A DNA stretch of 64,000 nucleotides from an uncultured Candidatus Saccharibacteria bacterium (GTDB lineage Bacteria > Patescibacteriota > Doudnabacteria > UBA920), in assembly GCA_964372905.1 (NCBI GenBank), contig CAYJQY010000001.1:8777-72776 (forward strand), read 5' to 3'. The position numbers and the translations under genes are program-made. This document shows positions 62,773 through 64,000 of the stretch, piece by piece. Position 1 is the first letter of the stretch; every line of letters begins with the position of its first letter. Below the pieces are notes generated by a model, which was given only the letters and a program-made list of their open reading frames with translations, was not told the origin of the DNA and searched no databases.

Positions 62773-62988
62773 AGCCGGTCAAATAGTTTATATATGTCCT
62801 ATTATAGCAAAATCGCGGCCTTTTTCCAGGACCCGAGTTATAGCAGCTAAATCTTAGTGCCAAACTCTCTATTTTTTTAAATTTTCGTTAACTGCATCCA
62901 TAGATGGCTCGGTATGCTTGGCTTCAATTCATTTGCGGAGCAGAAAACTAATATATTCATATGTCTAAAGAATTGGGGGGTGCGAATT

Positions 62989-63480
62989 TTACTTTTTAGC
63001 GTTTGCCTTTTCCACTGACGGAAATTGATCCCACGGCACAACAACACCATATAAGGCAATGTAGGTGCCGGGTAATTGAATAGTCTGAATTGCGCCAATT
63101 GCCAGGCCCAGGTTAAACATGGCATCGGACCGGCTGAACCCGGCGGGCAGCATGGCGCCAGTGAGAATTACTTTCTTATCCTTGATCCTGGAAAGTTTTT
63201 CGGCGGTTTTGTAAATTGTGTCCGTGCCATGGGTAATGATTATGTCGGAATTTTTGCAGCCGCTTACAGCGTCAAAAACAGTTTGCCTGTCTGCGTCCGT
63301 AAAATCCAAGCTGTCCTTCTTAATCACGGACATGCTCTCAAATTCAAAAGCGTGATTAACTTGTTGTAAAATCAAAATAAAAGCCGGATCCCCTATTTCA
63401 AAATTATAACCATGCGTGGTTTCTGTTTGCGGGTAAGCCTTGTCGATGGTGCCGCCGGTTTGGATAAAGGTTATTTTCAT
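62989..63480 (-). CDS. asparaginase/glutaminase family protein, N-terminal domain only
   Basis: KITFIQTGGTIDK (TGGTI threonine motif), HGTDT. Only 163 aa (canonical enzymes ~330). Confidence 0.6.
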   Translation of the reverse strand: MKITFIQTGGTIDKAYPQTETTHGYNFEIGDPAFILILQQVNHAFEFESMSVIKKDSLDFTDADRQTVFDAVSGCKNSDIIITHGTDTIYKTAEKLSRIKDKKVILTGAMLPAGFSRSDAMFNLGLAIGAIQTIQLPGTYIALYGVVVPWDQFPSVEKANAKK

Positions 63481-63555
63481 CTCTTTCTAAATTTTAACAC
63501 TTATTATTTTCAACAATTCTTAAACCCATTATAAGTCTATTGGGTGATATTGTGC

Positions 63556-63629
63556 TGGCAGGGGGTGTAGGAATCGAACCCACGTATGCGGATTTGGAGG
63601 CCGCCGTATTACCACTATACGAACCCCCC
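63556..63629 (-). tRNA. tRNA-Trp(CCA)
   Basis: Reverse complement GGGGGGT-TC-GTAT-AGTGGTA-ATAC-G-GCGGC-CTCCAAA-TCCGC...GTGGG-TTCGATT-CCTAC-ACCCCCT-G-CCA. Confidence 0.8.
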
Positions 63630-63688
63630 GTGAAAACGCCGGACCGGCGACAGCCAACAGCGGCGCGGCCGCCGCATGGCTATTTAAG

Positions 63689-63844
63689 CTACTTGTCTTC
63701 TTTGTGCAATTGCATCTTCTTGCAGAACTTGCAGAACTTTTTGATTTCCAGACGCTTGGTGGTATTTTTCTTATTTTTCTGGGTCTGATAATTCTGATTC
63801 TTGCAGACCGTGCAGGTCAGAGTGATGCGCGTATCTTGCGACAT
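63689..63844 (-). CDS. rpmG: 50S ribosomal protein L33
   Basis: The minus-strand translation is [51 protein letters not shown], the L33 zinc ribbon (CxxC...CxxC). Not in the ORF track (51 aa). Confidence 0.85.
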   Translation of the reverse strand: MSQDTRITLTCTVCKNQNYQTQKNKKNTTKRLEIKKFCKFCKKMQLHKEDK

Positions 63845-63864
63845 AAGTTATATCGATTAATTTT

Positions 63865-63940
63865 TGGAGCCGGCTGTCGGACTCGAACCGACCACCTGCG
63901 GTTTACAAAACCGCTGCTCTACCAGATGAGCTAAGCCGGC
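63865..63940 (-). tRNA. tRNA-Thr(UGU)
   Basis: Body identical to tRNA-Thr(CGU) at 20435-20510 except anticodon loop UUUGUAA vs AUCGUAA. Confidence 0.85.
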
Positions 63941-64000
63941 GCGGTATCCAACCGTTGTCCGGCCGAAGCGGACTGACTAATTTTAGCACAAAAGCCCAAA

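Overview
This 64 kb window is a gene-dense, mostly minus-strand stretch of a small bacterial chromosome. The gene content is consistent with a reduced Patescibacteria/CPR-like genome, but that placement is inference only. The genetic code is standard: tRNA-Trp(CCA) is present and there are no in-frame UGA problems. No rRNA, CRISPR array or IS element was seen.

Core genes recognised:
- gyrB (5' part only; the gene runs off the window start).
- An unusual pheS and a standalone tRNA-binding-domain protein.
- A UvrD-family helicase with a C-terminal nuclease domain, a NYN-domain protein and rmuC.
- A tRNA cluster: initiator tRNA-fMet (intron-containing), tRNA-Met and tRNA-Asp on the + strand, with tRNA-Thr x2, tRNA-Gly and tRNA-Trp on the minus strand.
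- A complete F1Fo ATP synthase operon (atpI-like, B, E, F, H, a small inserted ORF, A, G, D, C).
- lepA and a cell-wall cluster (murJ, DUF4012, ftsW, murD, an amidohydrolase, mraY, a DacA-like carboxypeptidase).
- trxA, secDF, secA, hpf, murB, murC, a patatin-like protein and murG.
- A polysaccharide cluster of three GT4 glycosyltransferases plus a WbaP-like sugar transferase.
- RNase P RNA (rnpB), rpmG, a GNAT acetyltransferase, a HupE/UreJ transporter and a short asparaginase-family protein.

Most interesting observations:
1. A family of six full and one partial copies of an ~85-90 nt intergenic hairpin element, with compensatory base changes, scattered between co-directional genes.
2. A group I intron interrupting the initiator tRNA-fMet gene; its core closely matches the Azoarcus-type tRNA introns and it encodes a PD-(D/E)xK protein, analogous to the I-Ssp6803I arrangement.
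3. A mitochondrial-type monomeric PheRS (class II core fused to an FDX-ACB domain), with no pheT anywhere in the window.
4. A VirD4/TraG-like coupling ATPase lying next to a membrane protein and a protein carrying an N-terminal sigma-70 region 4 helix-turn-helix.
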